Positions 46,201 to 55,608 of a stretch of 64,000 nt of DNA are shown one piece after another (the stretch's first letter is position 1; each line of letters starts with the position of its first letter). The translations under genes were made by a program, and so were the position numbers. The notes below the pieces were generated by a model. The model did not search any database. It was given only the letters and a program-made list of their open reading frames with translations, and was not told the DNA's origin. This DNA is from a virus: positions 1-64,000 of IMG/VR virus record IMGVR_UViG_3300028844_007948; one strand, given 5' to 3'.

Positions 46201-49200
46201 AGCAAAATTAAAACTCAGTTCAGGGGAACTCTATTTAAAGACCCTAAAAGAAGAGCTAATCTTTTTAGGCAAAATAATGAATTAGCACCAGATCCTATAC
46301 TGCAATTACCTTATGACCCAGGCAGGAGGCATATTGACCCCAATATAAGAATGGCGCAGCCTGGTGACTACTTAAAAGCCCAGCAATTAAAGCTTGAACA
46401 AGAAATGATGGGGTCTCAATCTGGAATTCTAAGAGGATCCTCTTTTAGAGCTAGTGATATGGGTAGAATGAGGTCAGCACTGTCATTTAATACATCAGCC
46501 AGAGATTATCAAAATAAATTTTTAGTAAACGAATTCGAAGAGTTAATGAAAGGCCAAGAAGGAAAAAGAGATCCAATGTCTTTTTCTAAAGCCGAAAGAA
46601 GAATAAGCGGAAGATTAAAAGTAAATCCAAGAATTAGGAGTTTTTACGAAAATATGACAAGAGCCACTCGATCAAAATGGGGCTTTTCTGGAGGAATGAT
46701 TCCTAATTTTGGATTAAAAATAAATGCTGGAGCCATGAAAAGCATTGGACTTCAGTCTACATTAGGTCAAGCTAAAAGTAGGCAAGAAGGAGTTATAGGC
46801 ATGTCAGAGCTGGATAAAATCCTGCAAAGTAATTTATTTAAATCAATTAAATACCTCCCGCTAAAAAGCGACACTCCAATCATGATAAAAAATGCAAGGT
46901 ATGGAGTTCATAGCTTAAAGAAAGGAGCTCCCCCACCAAAAGGATTCAAAAGTTGGAAAGATTTTGACGAGAATAGCCCACTTGGTAGAACCAGAGTGGT
47001 TTATGCTAAGCCAAAAACTGAATCTGAAAAACCTTTTAAGAGGCTTAAGCTTGAAAGAATAGAAAGTATAAACCATCAAGGAAAAACCCTTACAGTTGAC
47101 CCTAATTTAGCTAACAACGGTTTAATTCCGAACTTTATTTTTAAGAAATTAAAAACTGTATCTCAGGCCGTAAAAACATTTAAAGAGGATACTGGGGCAT
47201 TTTCAGCTGGAACCAGAAATAACATTTGGAGTACTACTCAAAATAAAATCAAGCTGAGATCTAGTAATTACGATGATGTCAGGCAATTTGTTAATAGCAA
47301 GAGTTTTAGACTATTAGATCCAGCAGAACAAAAAAGAATAAAATCCGATCTGAAAGCTCAATCCGAATCATTGAACATGAATGATGTTACCAGGCCTTAT
47401 TTTCAGTATGATGATCCTGATTACCAAGGAGCAATTCATGCAAATAAAGGTTTGATACCAAATTACTCAAAGCTTTTTTCAGAAGGAGCGAAAAATGTTT
47501 TATCTAAAAACCCTCAGTATACTGGAGCTGTTCAAGAAGCAATTCAAAGAGAGGCTTCTTTTGGATTAACCCCCAAGGTCGTGGAAGCTCACTCATTAAA
47601 GAGCTCTAAGAATCCTGGTCTTGCCGTAGTAAACCAAGAGCAGGAATCTGGAAGTTTACAAAAAGCCAGAATTCTTCATGGAGGGTTGAACCCTAATCAA
47701 AAAACTTCAGCCGTTCCCAACTATGCAAAAACACAAGTTGATGTAACCAAAGTACTACAATTAAGAAAAGAATCTGTAAGAAACATAAATGATGTAGGTT
47801 TAAATTCAGTATCTAAATCTTTTGATAGAGCGGCTAATGTGATAGATAAGTTTTCAACAAGCGTCAAAAGCGCTCAATCTTACCTCGGCCAACAAGGTAC
47901 TGAATACGCAAAATCATCAGAGTTAATTAAAGAAGCTAATCTAAGAGAAAAAGCGAGGCTCGGAACTTTAGAAAAAGAGACTTCGGCTAGAAAAAAATAC
48001 ATGAGAGAGGTTCTTAGAAAGGACTCCCTAGCGAAACTTTCTTCACGATCTGGACCAGTAGGAGAATTGGCAACACAATTTATGGGCTCTAGTAATTTTG
48101 AAAAAGATTTAAAATTCAGAATGGGGGTAGCCAAGGAAGCTAATGACTTTGAAACATTAAAAGGTCTGAAAAAGTTTGACAAGGCAATAGACGAAAGTGC
48201 CAGAGGCATGTTTAATAATGCAACCACAAAAGCTAGTATATTAAATAGCCAACTCAGAGAGAGTACAAAAGACGGAAATAAACTAAAAAGATTTCAAGGG
48301 GCAGAAGGTTTTGGCAAAAGAGAAATGAGGAAATTTTTTAGTCAAAGCTTTCTTCAAGAAAGAGGCATCCAAACACTTGACAGTAAAGAGTCCATGAATG
48401 TTATGGCTTCAATGGGAGAAAGGGGAGAAAAAGCATTTCAAGATTATGTAAAATCCCAAGGCGTAATGTCTAGCAATAAAACTTTAGCAAGAGCAGGTCT
48501 TAGAACTGGAGATTTCTCATCATTGCTTGGAGGAAATGATGGAAAAAACTTCATAAAACAATTAGAAAAGTACCAAAGAATGGTTGACGGCGGTGCTAAG
48601 GGCAAGGGCACAGCCAGAAGAGAGCTTATGAGAGAGGCTGCCAGAATTGGTGCAGATTCAGCTTCTTCAGAGAAACTCCAAAGCATGGTGCTTTCAACTC
48701 AAAAACAAGTTAAAGATGATGCTCCTAAAGGAGCACCGCAATCAGCAAGAGATAGAATATCAGGAGGAAGAATTTCTGGAGCTCTTGGATCCTTCCAGTC
48801 TGGAATGTCTGGATCTGGATTAAGATCTCAAGGGTTTATGGGACTCGTTGGGAATAGAGCAGGGCAAGGAATCAATAGATTTGGAACTGGAGCGAAAAAC
48901 TTTATGAAGGGTGGGTTTGGTGCAGCTGGTGGGCAAATGGGATTAGGCCTCTCTATAGCCGCCCCAATGTTAGCGGGCATGGTGGCAAATAAAACCCCAA
49001 GGGAAGATAGAGCCGTATTACAAAATGGACAATTTAATGTTCAGGGAACTGGAGCAGATACGGCATCTAGTACATTGATGGGTGTTGGTATGGGAGCTAT
49101 ATTTGGTGCTCCAGGCGCTATTGTAGGAGGTGTTATAGGATTTGTACAGTCTCTTACGAAGGCAACTCTAACTATAGATGAACAAATAAGAGTAAGAGAA

Positions 49201-52200
49201 AAAGAAATAGCCATCATAGGTCAAAATGTTCAAGCAGCCCAATCTCTTCAGAATTTATCATCAGCTAGGGCTGAAGCTTTTGCCGTAGGAGACTCTGATA
49301 GAATCGCAGAAATTGATACAGCAATGAATAGAGCTTTGGCTGGGGTCAATGATAAAAAAACATTAACAGCTTTAGCTGCATCAGGGGGAGATTCAGATGC
49401 TTTGTCAAAAATACAAAGACAACTACAAGATCAAATGACAAACGCTGTTAGTGTTCAGAATTTTGGAGTAGCTCTAAAGAATTCCGACCAACAAAAAGCA
49501 GCAAAAAATGCTGGAGTTGCAATGGGAGGAATGATAGCCCAAGCAATAAGAAATGAAAATGTAGATGAATCTACTGCACTAGATATATTGAGAAATATAC
49601 AGACTAGTACGGCTCAAAAAGAAAAAAGTGGAATGCTTGACACTAAAAGCCTAAATGCTTTAAGGAAAAAAGCCTCAGGAGGTCAAGAGTTAACCAGTGG
49701 ACTAGGTATGGCAGGAGGTCTTGCTGGAGGACTGATGGCTGGAGGAGCTGCCTTGAGTATGTCTGGAGTAGGCATGCCGCTTGGGTTGGCAATGGCGGCT
49801 GCAGGAGCAGGAATAGGCATATTAAGCGGAAGAGCTATTGAAAGTGGAGCAGCTAAAAGTGATTTAGAAAAACAACAAAAATTAGGATTAGATGAAATTA
49901 ACGAACTATCAAAACTAGTAGATGCTGGAGCGATGACAGAGACTGCAATGAATCAATTAGTTGCAGCTTTTAGGGAGGGAGAAATAAGCATGGGAGATAT
50001 AGCTAAAGAAGCAGAATCTGCCGTTGTAGAGTTTCAAAAAATTAAAAAAGCATCTGATAGAGCAAGCTCTGCGTTATTTAATATAGATCAATCATTCAAA
50101 AGAACTATTGGCAAAATGGTTGTTGATTTAGAAGTTAACAAGATAAGATCAGCAGCTGAATCTAACGCAAGAAAATCGAATGTTAATTTCACATCTCAAT
50201 TCATGTCGCCAATTAGTGCTAGTGATTTCTTAGCAAGAGAACAATCTAAAATATTAGCTTCGGATGCTCAAGGCAGAGTAGGACAATTTCAAAGAGAAAC
50301 AGATATTAATTTCCTTAGAGGAGTTCAATCAAAATCAAAAAGTTTAAATTTCGGCGGGCCACAAATGGAGTTCGTAAGAAAGACGGTCGAAGATCAAGGA
50401 GTTGGCTCGATAGAGTCAATGATCAGAAGAAGGGAAATGTCTGGAGTAATGAATTTAAACCTAAATACAAAAAATCTTGACGATATATTTGAAAAAGTAG
50501 GAGTAAAAGGTGGGGTCGATGCTTTCAATAAAGATAGCAAAATAACAATGCCAGAAAACTTGAACGAACTGAAAGACCTTCTTGGCACTGGAGATAAAGA
50601 TGAACAAAAAAGAATAATGGATGAGCTTGTCGCAAACCTACCTAAGGCAAGACAAGAAGGATCCATGCAAACTAAATTTACAAGAGCTCTTGAAGGAGCA
50701 GATGTTCAAACTTTAACAGAAATAATAGATTTAAGGAAAGAGCAGTTTAGAATTGTTCAGGAGCAAATACTGGCTGAAAGAAAAAATTTAAGCATACAAA
50801 TAGCTCAACAAAAAATACAAACACAAATACAGGCGAAGCTTGAAAGCTTAAGGCAGGAATCTTCAAATAGAAGTATGGCCTTAGACACTAATATGATAGG
50901 TGTGAGAGGGAGGGCTGATACAAACAGATCACTCACTGGTTTTGAAGCTCAATCTCCTATTTTTAGAGGAATGTCTTCTGACGCGGAAGAGTCAAAAAGA
51001 CAGACTGGTCTAAGAAAAAGAGTTTTTGATGAAGATATAAAAGTTAGAAAAGCTGAAGCTTTAAATATGTTAAAAAAAGAGGCTGTCAGACTTTTATCTG
51101 AGAAAAATTTAGTTGATGCATTAAATGATTTAAAATCATCAATAGAAAAAGAAACTGATTTTGCAGCTACAGAAGGAAATCAAGTAGGCTCACAAAAAGG
51201 GCAACAGATTCCAGTAAAGACTGAGCCGTCATCCGCAGCCAGTTCGGCATCTGGAGCGGGAGCTGGAAAAAGTCCAGCTGTAAAAATGGGAAAACAAATG
51301 TCTTCGTTTAAAACGAGCGGAAACAATGAGGAAGGCTCAAAGAGGATAAAGGAAATAGGAAAAAAGATAGATCAAAATAATATAGAAATAAAAACTCAAG
51401 AGAGTAAGCTGAACACTGAAAGTAGTGTAGAAGACACACTAGCAACAAAACTTAAAAAATATAAAGGTGTATTAAAACAACTTGAAAACTTAAATAACTT
51501 GCCTGAAAACAAAACCTCTTTCAGTAAGCCTGGCAATCTATTCAAACGTAACGAACGAGATGATTCAAGAGAAAGCGCAAAAAGAAAACTTCAAGATTTG
51601 GATCTTAATCAATTTTCAAAAGTTACAGGAACTCGCCTTGATGTTTTTGATGGATTTGATTCAGGAGATTCTGGGGGGAGCTATGTACAAACTAGCAGGG
51701 ATGCAACTGATGCCGAAATGATCAAATCAATGACAGATCTTGTTGAAAAAACAGAATCCCAACTACAAGAGACTAGAAGTAAAAAAGGATCTACAGAGAG
51801 TGCTATAGAAAAAGCTAAATCAGAAATCCAAGAACAAAAAAAGCAGATCGAAGAAATAGAAAAGCAAATGGCAGAAGGTGTTGTTGAGCTTTCTGACACT
51901 CTTAAAGGCCAAAATATAAGTTTAAAAAACATCAATGTAGAAAAGACAGCAAATTTAACTAAAGATTTATTTAAGGCTGATTCAATAGAAGGACTTACCG
52001 AAACTCTAAATAAGAATTTAGAAGATATTAAGGCTAATGACCCTTCTGGACAAATAGCTCTTCAGCTTCAAGGATGGGGAGAGTTGGTTAACAATGTTGG
52101 AGCTAGTCTAGATGATGCCGTTCGAGCATTTAACGTAGAAGAGGCTAAGAGAGCTCAAGAAGAATTTAATAGAAATTTGACATTTTCAAATTATTCAAGC

Positions 52201-54018
52201 GGAGCATTTGAGCAGCTTAATGCCATTAATCAAGGACAGAAAACCATTCGCGCTGGTGTTGGAGTAGGAATTATGGATAAAGTTGTTGACCAGGAAAGAA
52301 GGCAACTAAATTTTGACACAATAAACCAAGATCCAACATCAACACCACTAGAAAGAGCAAGAGGAAAAGCAGAACTACAATCATTCACCATAGGAACAAA
52401 AGATCAAAGAGTTCAAATGGGGAGCCTCAGGGACGAACAAGCCCTTCAAAATAGAGATTTAATTGATGCTGAAAGAGACAGATTAAATGCAGTATCCGCA
52501 GGAAAAGCAGCTAAGACTGACGAAGCAAAGTTTGCCGCAAAAAGTGTGGAAGAATCAGCTGTTGCTAGAATAGCAGAATTAAAAGGTACAATAGAAAACC
52601 TTGACAAAAGTATGCTAGACTTAGCTCATCAAATGGAGAGAACTACCCCAAGAGATAAAGGGTTCGTCTCTGAATTTAAACAAAATACATCGATGGGGCT
52701 TGAGTTAGGTTTTGCTGAAATAGAAGCTCAATCTGAGCAAATATATACAAGACTAGGACAAGACTTGCCAATGGTTTTCAGAGATGGTCTTGTAGACGCA
52801 ATGCAAGCAGCCTTAGACGGAAGTCAAAAATTAGGAGATTCCTTTGAGCAAATAGGAATGTCTTTATTACAAAACATACAGAAAGCATTCCTGACAAGTG
52901 CTTCAAACAGAATAACTGGTGCCGTAGGATCTGTGTTTGGGCTAGACGGTTATAATACTGGGGGATATGTAAATGGTGGAAGTGGAATAAAAGATGATGT
53001 CCCAGCGATGTTAATGGGGGGAGAGTATGTAATCAAAAGGAGTGCTGTACAAAAATACGGAGTAAACTTTTTAGAAAACTTAAATCAAGGAAGTATACAA
53101 GGGTTTGCTGGAGGAGGAGCCGTTCTTAATGTAGGATCTCCAATGGCAGCAGAAAGAGAGTCTTATGTAGACAAAAGTAAATATGGAAATGTAACTAGAT
53201 ATAAAACAAAACAAGCTGGTATAGGAATCAATAGTCAGCTTACTGGATATGCAATAGCAAATGATAGAAGTATACAGAAATACTTTAGAGATCAAGAGAC
53301 TCAATTTAATCAGAATTTAAATACAAAAAAACAAGAAGAAGCAAGACAGAAAAATAAAGATTACGAGAAGAAGGCAAAGAAAAGAAGCTTTTGGAATATG
53401 GTTATAGGAATAGCTGGATCCGCTTTATTGGGGAAAGCTGTTCAATGGGGTACTGATAAGTTCAAGCAAACCGATTTTTACAAAAATAGAGCTGCAGCTA
53501 AGGCTGAAAGGTCTATGGCGGATAATGGATATGTTCAAGTAAGAGGTAAAAGCATTCAGCGATTATACCCAAAACCTTCAGACCAATCTGGTGTCAGGAA
53601 AATGATTAGCAATGCCCACAGGGATGGAGGCTGGAAAGCTGCATCTACAATAATGCGGGATAATAATATAAGAGGTACTGTTGACGAAACTGGGGTACAA
53701 CTAAATAAAGGCGGCGCAGTACCAGCAAGGCTTACTGGAGGGGAATATGTAATGAGTCCAGGAGCTGTTAAAACTTATGGCTCTTCATTGATGCAGAATT
53801 TAAACAATGGCTCCATACAAACTGGCGGTCAATCTGGTCAATCTGGTCAAGTAAGTAATGTTTCCCATGGAGATGTGAATATAAGTATAAATGTAGACAA
53901 TTCTGGAGGAGCTTCTTCTGGAGGAGGTTTAAATTCACCAGAGTTTGCGTCAAAAGTCAAGAGTGCAGTAATGAATATAATTTCACAAGAAAAAAGAGTT
54001 GGAGGGAGTTTGAGGTAA
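43288..54018 (+). CDS. Tape measure protein (TP901-type core) with an internal cargo-domain array
   Basis: N-terminal TMP core (ELARQGL, GNSFKTIFTR, LEELGI); C-terminal GGYVNGGSGIKDDVPAMLMGGEYV and VPARLTGGEYV motifs; Gly/Ala-rich TM-like segments. Confidence 0.92.
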   Translation: MPLKIPTIQVGLEKSIQKAVKNVSARGGLYLSLNDKNFTRPLGKITGSVSEFNRSLEASNARVLAFGASVGMIQGVQTAFKALLQTTIQVEKQLTEINIVMGLTNSQLDDFSKGLFKVAKNTAQSFSTVATAATELARQGLTMEETLKRTNDALILTRLTGLDAASAVNGLTAALNTFNKAGLDSTQILSKMAAVDVQFAVSTEDLIDAVSRAGAVAQDAGVSFDELLGAVTAAQQMTARGGKVIGNSFKTIFTRVQRSTTISRLEELGIAVRDVAGNTLPAIRVLENLSATYDKLADTTKAAVAEQVGGVFQINILKAAINDLSSSNSILARATQISASASDEAYKKNEILNRSLSALSSQAATSITELSNIIGEIGFSNQIRDYLTFIRDQVSSINDFLGQKEGESAGADFAKGLIKGIGNVISGPGLLLAAGVLIKLFAKTSTFLVGSAKELMGVVSASQRQKQVQESIVAVLGENSSLQKRILAQEGNRAAQEKTILTLLQAQSREQQRIAATAKAVGPAILRAGFNTSLQRGGKIASSGLIPNYVTPKEKEMEKQGARDGGYTPGTVKSMDIKGKGRIIYNTAEKVKKFSGMSEPAILPPWRSKAGRKYKNTFEETHGFNPYANKGMIPNYSKSRSNITFKEMGGGQIGGPPRQVLFKSTVGGEKFTDAQTMEIVDPKNGGKMGLQVIFTGDSPSEMRGKGYGRELYEYMAKYAKRNGYGGLYGDMGTSISAMRVVDSIAKRKSFKVEKNPDLKFIKDDFEEEGIWGSDDWTYRLSNKGLIPNYGAFSHDKNLLGSLLANDFAKDGRIKYLDALSYVDEKGLTSILKSFNKYGEHDGWKASWPGMPVNQLMKNFPKYSTGGKPYDSGAKGLYSGLTPTRIKEILEKPEITRQFYKYITGKTSSIDVESGLTPQEKDYFKSNFGMVPKLKHIEDGFVSSGANQKKKNLNALRYDFLKAGPKGGSSTMSKIKTQFRGTLFKDPKRRANLFRQNNELAPDPILQLPYDPGRRHIDPNIRMAQPGDYLKAQQLKLEQEMMGSQSGILRGSSFRASDMGRMRSALSFNTSARDYQNKFLVNEFEELMKGQEGKRDPMSFSKAERRISGRLKVNPRIRSFYENMTRATRSKWGFSGGMIPNFGLKINAGAMKSIGLQSTLGQAKSRQEGVIGMSELDKILQSNLFKSIKYLPLKSDTPIMIKNARYGVHSLKKGAPPPKGFKSWKDFDENSPLGRTRVVYAKPKTESEKPFKRLKLERIESINHQGKTLTVDPNLANNGLIPNFIFKKLKTVSQAVKTFKEDTGAFSAGTRNNIWSTTQNKIKLRSSNYDDVRQFVNSKSFRLLDPAEQKRIKSDLKAQSESLNMNDVTRPYFQYDDPDYQGAIHANKGLIPNYSKLFSEGAKNVLSKNPQYTGAVQEAIQREASFGLTPKVVEAHSLKSSKNPGLAVVNQEQESGSLQKARILHGGLNPNQKTSAVPNYAKTQVDVTKVLQLRKESVRNINDVGLNSVSKSFDRAANVIDKFSTSVKSAQSYLGQQGTEYAKSSELIKEANLREKARLGTLEKETSARKKYMREVLRKDSLAKLSSRSGPVGELATQFMGSSNFEKDLKFRMGVAKEANDFETLKGLKKFDKAIDESARGMFNNATTKASILNSQLRESTKDGNKLKRFQGAEGFGKREMRKFFSQSFLQERGIQTLDSKESMNVMASMGERGEKAFQDYVKSQGVMSSNKTLARAGLRTGDFSSLLGGNDGKNFIKQLEKYQRMVDGGAKGKGTARRELMREAARIGADSASSEKLQSMVLSTQKQVKDDAPKGAPQSARDRISGGRISGALGSFQSGMSGSGLRSQGFMGLVGNRAGQGINRFGTGAKNFMKGGFGAAGGQMGLGLSIAAPMLAGMVANKTPREDRAVLQNGQFNVQGTGADTASSTLMGVGMGAIFGAPGAIVGGVIGFVQSLTKATLTIDEQIRVREKEIAIIGQNVQAAQSLQNLSSARAEAFAVGDSDRIAEIDTAMNRALAGVNDKKTLTALAASGGDSDALSKIQRQLQDQMTNAVSVQNFGVALKNSDQQKAAKNAGVAMGGMIAQAIRNENVDESTALDILRNIQTSTAQKEKSGMLDTKSLNALRKKASGGQELTSGLGMAGGLAGGLMAGGAALSMSGVGMPLGLAMAAAGAGIGILSGRAIESGAAKSDLEKQQKLGLDEINELSKLVDAGAMTETAMNQLVAAFREGEISMGDIAKEAESAVVEFQKIKKASDRASSALFNIDQSFKRTIGKMVVDLEVNKIRSAAESNARKSNVNFTSQFMSPISASDFLAREQSKILASDAQGRVGQFQRETDINFLRGVQSKSKSLNFGGPQMEFVRKTVEDQGVGSIESMIRRREMSGVMNLNLNTKNLDDIFEKVGVKGGVDAFNKDSKITMPENLNELKDLLGTGDKDEQKRIMDELVANLPKARQEGSMQTKFTRALEGADVQTLTEIIDLRKEQFRIVQEQILAERKNLSIQIAQQKIQTQIQAKLESLRQESSNRSMALDTNMIGVRGRADTNRSLTGFEAQSPIFRGMSSDAEESKRQTGLRKRVFDEDIKVRKAEALNMLKKEAVRLLSEKNLVDALNDLKSSIEKETDFAATEGNQVGSQKGQQIPVKTEPSSAASSASGAGAGKSPAVKMGKQMSSFKTSGNNEEGSKRIKEIGKKIDQNNIEIKTQESKLNTESSVEDTLATKLKKYKGVLKQLENLNNLPENKTSFSKPGNLFKRNERDDSRESAKRKLQDLDLNQFSKVTGTRLDVFDGFDSGDSGGSYVQTSRDATDAEMIKSMTDLVEKTESQLQETRSKKGSTESAIEKAKSEIQEQKKQIEEIEKQMAEGVVELSDTLKGQNISLKNINVEKTANLTKDLFKADSIEGLTETLNKNLEDIKANDPSGQIALQLQGWGELVNNVGASLDDAVRAFNVEEAKRAQEEFNRNLTFSNYSSGAFEQLNAINQGQKTIRAGVGVGIMDKVVDQERRQLNFDTINQDPTSTPLERARGKAELQSFTIGTKDQRVQMGSLRDEQALQNRDLIDAERDRLNAVSAGKAAKTDEAKFAAKSVEESAVARIAELKGTIENLDKSMLDLAHQMERTTPRDKGFVSEFKQNTSMGLELGFAEIEAQSEQIYTRLGQDLPMVFRDGLVDAMQAALDGSQKLGDSFEQIGMSLLQNIQKAFLTSASNRITGAVGSVFGLDGYNTGGYVNGGSGIKDDVPAMLMGGEYVIKRSAVQKYGVNFLENLNQGSIQGFAGGGAVLNVGSPMAAERESYVDKSKYGNVTRYKTKQAGIGINSQLTGYAIANDRSIQKYFRDQETQFNQNLNTKKQEEARQKNKDYEKKAKKRSFWNMVIGIAGSALLGKAVQWGTDKFKQTDFYKNRAAAKAERSMADNGYVQVRGKSIQRLYPKPSDQSGVRKMISNAHRDGGWKAASTIMRDNNIRGTVDETGVQLNKGGAVPARLTGGEYVMSPGAVKTYGSSLMQNLNNGSIQTGGQSGQSGQVSNVSHGDVNISINVDNSGGASSGGGLNSPEFASKVKSAVMNIISQEKRVGGSLR
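44908..47724 (+). repeat. Eight copies of a protein-level motif xxxG[LM]IPN[YF] delimiting modules in the TMP
   Basis: ASSGLIPNY 44908, ANKGMIPNY 45169, SNKGLIPNY 45628, SNFGMVPKL 46060 (degenerate), FSGGMIPNF 46684, ANNGLIPNF 47110, ANKGLIPNY 47440, SAVPNY 47707 (degenerate). Confidence 0.9.
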
Positions 54019-54019
54019 A

Positions 54020-54850
54020 ATGGGCGGTTATGTACATAATGCGGATCAATCATTCTATATAAATGGACTGCAAATTTCTGGTGTAAGATCTGTATCTGCA
54101 AATTATCAAATACCATCAGAAGATAATGATTTTTTAGGTTATGTCGGGGCTGCAGATTTTATGCAAAACGCTCCAGGAGTGGCAAACTTTTCTGTAGAAA
54201 GGTCTATGATAACAATGGATCAACCAATAACAGAATTATTAGTTACTAATTCTGGGTTTGATGGAGGACTTACCTTCAACAATAAAAATTTTAACTTTCA
54301 GAGTGGATATATAAATTCATATCAATGCTCGTTTTCTGTAGATAGTGTTGCGGAATCATCTTTAAGTTTAACAGCATTTGGTGAAGTTGGTCCAAATGTA
54401 GAAATAAAAAAAAACACTCAGGAGCAAAAAGAATTATTTATTCCTACAAACAGCGGTATAAAAGTAGAATGCGACGGAAGGGAAAGTAATAGGGTTCTAA
54501 GTTTTTCGTTTTCTACTAACATTAAAAATGATCCAGTATATAAAATAGGTTCAATATATCCCTGTGAAATAGTTCAGTCCTTGCCTATAAGGCAAACATT
54601 TAATATTGAAATGGAAATAGATGATTTTGATTCAAAAAATGTATATGATTATATGAGGACTGGAATACATTTTGAAACGATAAGGGTTAAGTTACAAAAT
54701 CAATGCGGAGAAAAAAGAGAAGTTGAGTACTTATTTAAAGATGCTCATTTGCTGTCTCAAAACCTAAGCACAGACGCTGAAAACAATACAAAAGTTGAGC
54801 TTTCATATTCTACGGTTTCTAGATATAAACCCGATATTTTTTATAAATGA
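54020..54850 (+). CDS. Tail-tube-fold / distal tail protein
   Basis: Follows the TMP; QISGVRSVSANY and RVLSFSFSTNIKNDPVYKIGS echo tube-protein motifs. Confidence 0.6.
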   Translation: MGGYVHNADQSFYINGLQISGVRSVSANYQIPSEDNDFLGYVGAADFMQNAPGVANFSVERSMITMDQPITELLVTNSGFDGGLTFNNKNFNFQSGYINSYQCSFSVDSVAESSLSLTAFGEVGPNVEIKKNTQEQKELFIPTNSGIKVECDGRESNRVLSFSFSTNIKNDPVYKIGSIYPCEIVQSLPIRQTFNIEMEIDDFDSKNVYDYMRTGIHFETIRVKLQNQCGEKREVEYLFKDAHLLSQNLSTDAENNTKVELSYSTVSRYKPDIFYK

Positions 54851-55608
54851 AATATATAAGACATCAAGAATGCGAAATACAGATAAATGGAGAAAAATTT
54901 TTTGCAAAAGATGCTTCTTTGTCAACATCAACTTCTATTGAGGCAAAACGGGTATACGGAGGAGAATTAAGAAATTATCTGGCAAGCTCTGCTGAAAGTG
55001 CAAATGTACAGTTTAGTTATTATTTAACTGGGAAAGAAGACTCCATAGGATTTTTAACTGGAAATAATTCTTGCTCTGGAAGTTTTTGTGGAATAAATTT
55101 TTCTGGAGCATATTTAACTAACTATGGAATAGAGATAGCTCCATATAAGCCTGTGCAATTCAGTGCATCATTTGATATTTATAGTGGGTTTGAGAGTGAA
55201 ACTAAAACTGGATCCTTCACTACAGACCCAGTGAAATTCGCAAACGGAGCATATACTGAACTTTTAAATTTTAATAAAAATAATATAGGCTTAGATTTTC
55301 CAACAAATATATCATACTCAGTAGAATGCGAAAGAAAACCTAGCTATGTAATAGGACAACAATATCCTCAGGATGTGGTCCAGGGAAAGGTATCGAGAAT
55401 GATTTCTATAAATGGAGAAAACATTGGAAAGGTCATCGATTATTCAGGTAGGGATTTTGCAAAAGTATCCATATCTCCCAAAACAATGGATTATGCAGCA
55501 AGAGGTAGAACTATAGAATGTGAGGGAATAATAACAAGTCAAAATTTAAGCATATCAACTAAAGGCTTAATGAATGGTAGTATAGAAGTAATGGAGAGTA
55601 TGAGATGA
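54847..55608 (+). CDS. Tail-tube-fold / distal tail protein
   Basis: NISYSVECERKPSYVIGQ resembles the upstream protein and the tube protein. Confidence 0.55.
   Translation: MKYIRHQECEIQINGEKFFAKDASLSTSTSIEAKRVYGGELRNYLASSAESANVQFSYYLTGKEDSIGFLTGNNSCSGSFCGINFSGAYLTNYGIEIAPYKPVQFSASFDIYSGFESETKTGSFTTDPVKFANGAYTELLNFNKNNIGLDFPTNISYSVECERKPSYVIGQQYPQDVVQGKVSRMISINGENIGKVIDYSGRDFAKVSISPKTMDYAARGRTIECEGIITSQNLSISTKGLMNGSIEVMESMR

Noticed and set aside
44908-47724. TMP repeats as a CRISPR-like array, DGR or intein series
   Set aside because: Repeats are conserved at protein rather than DNA level, spacers are in-frame coding, no reverse transcriptase or cas gene is present, and no intein C/S...HN motifs are seen.
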